Shown piece by piece: positions 28,768-28,901 of a stretch of 28,901 bases of DNA. This stretch comes from Candidatus Electronema aureum (GTDB taxonomy: Bacteria > Desulfobacterota > Desulfobulbia > Desulfobulbales > Desulfobulbaceae). Location of the stretch: positions 1-28,901 of the forward strand of contig NQJD01000031.1 of the NCBI GenBank assembly GCA_004284765.1. The letters run 5' to 3'. Made by a program: the position numbers and the translations under genes. The notes under the pieces were generated by a model. It was not told the DNA's origin. It made no database searches and was given only the letters and a program-made list of their open reading frames with translations. The stretch's first letter is position 1. Each line of letters opens with the position of its first letter.

Positions 28768-28901
28768 AAGGTTAACCTAATGTGCAACTCTTTTAAACTT
28801 GATTAGGCAGCAATCAAGCCATCCAAGTCAAGTGGAGGGCGGTTATAGACCAAATTAAGGAAGACACAAACAGTGTGCGCCAAAATTTTACGAATCAGAC
28901 G

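Noticed and set aside
28798-28818. Hairpin CTTGATT-N7-AATCAAG just after the array, considered as the array terminator.
   Set aside because: The 7-bp AT-rich stem has no T-run after it, which is too weak to call.

Overview
The window is the adaptation end of a type I-C-like CRISPR-Cas locus followed by one very large array. On the + strand: cas4 (481..1110), cas1 (1107..2135, ATGA overlap with cas4), a 179-bp gap, cas2 (2315..2605), a 204-bp leader, then one uninterrupted array at 2810..28767. The 32-nt repeat is GTCGCCTCCTTCACGGGGGCGTGGATTGAAAC. My manual unit-by-unit parse gives 394 repeats and 393 spacers (possible error of 1-2 units), with spacers of 29-38 nt, mostly 33-34. About 90% of the window is array, so every six-frame ORF inside it is a repeat-driven artefact. 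No interference genes (cas3/cas5c/cas8c/cas7c) are present. Upstream of cas4 there is instead a solitary perfect repeat (398..429) and a minus-strand solo Phd/YefM-like antitoxin gene (155..370). Points worth follow-up: (1) the solitary repeat sits between two face-to-face sigma70-like promoters, so the antitoxin mRNA is predicted to begin with an exact anti-repeat and the cas4 mRNA with a sense repeat; (2) the cas1-cas2 gap holds a degenerate repeat whose hairpin is kept by compensatory changes, plus an 11-bp hairpin; (3) the adaptation module lies between two perfect direct repeats, like a spacer; (4) four exact spacer duplications, and at least 15 families of diverged spacers hitting the same target loci, some on opposite strands; overlaps among these give internal evidence for a 5'-TTC PAM; (5) I noticed only one SNP in 394 repeats, in the penultimate repeat. 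All functional interpretations are inference from sequence. I could run no database searches or folding programs.
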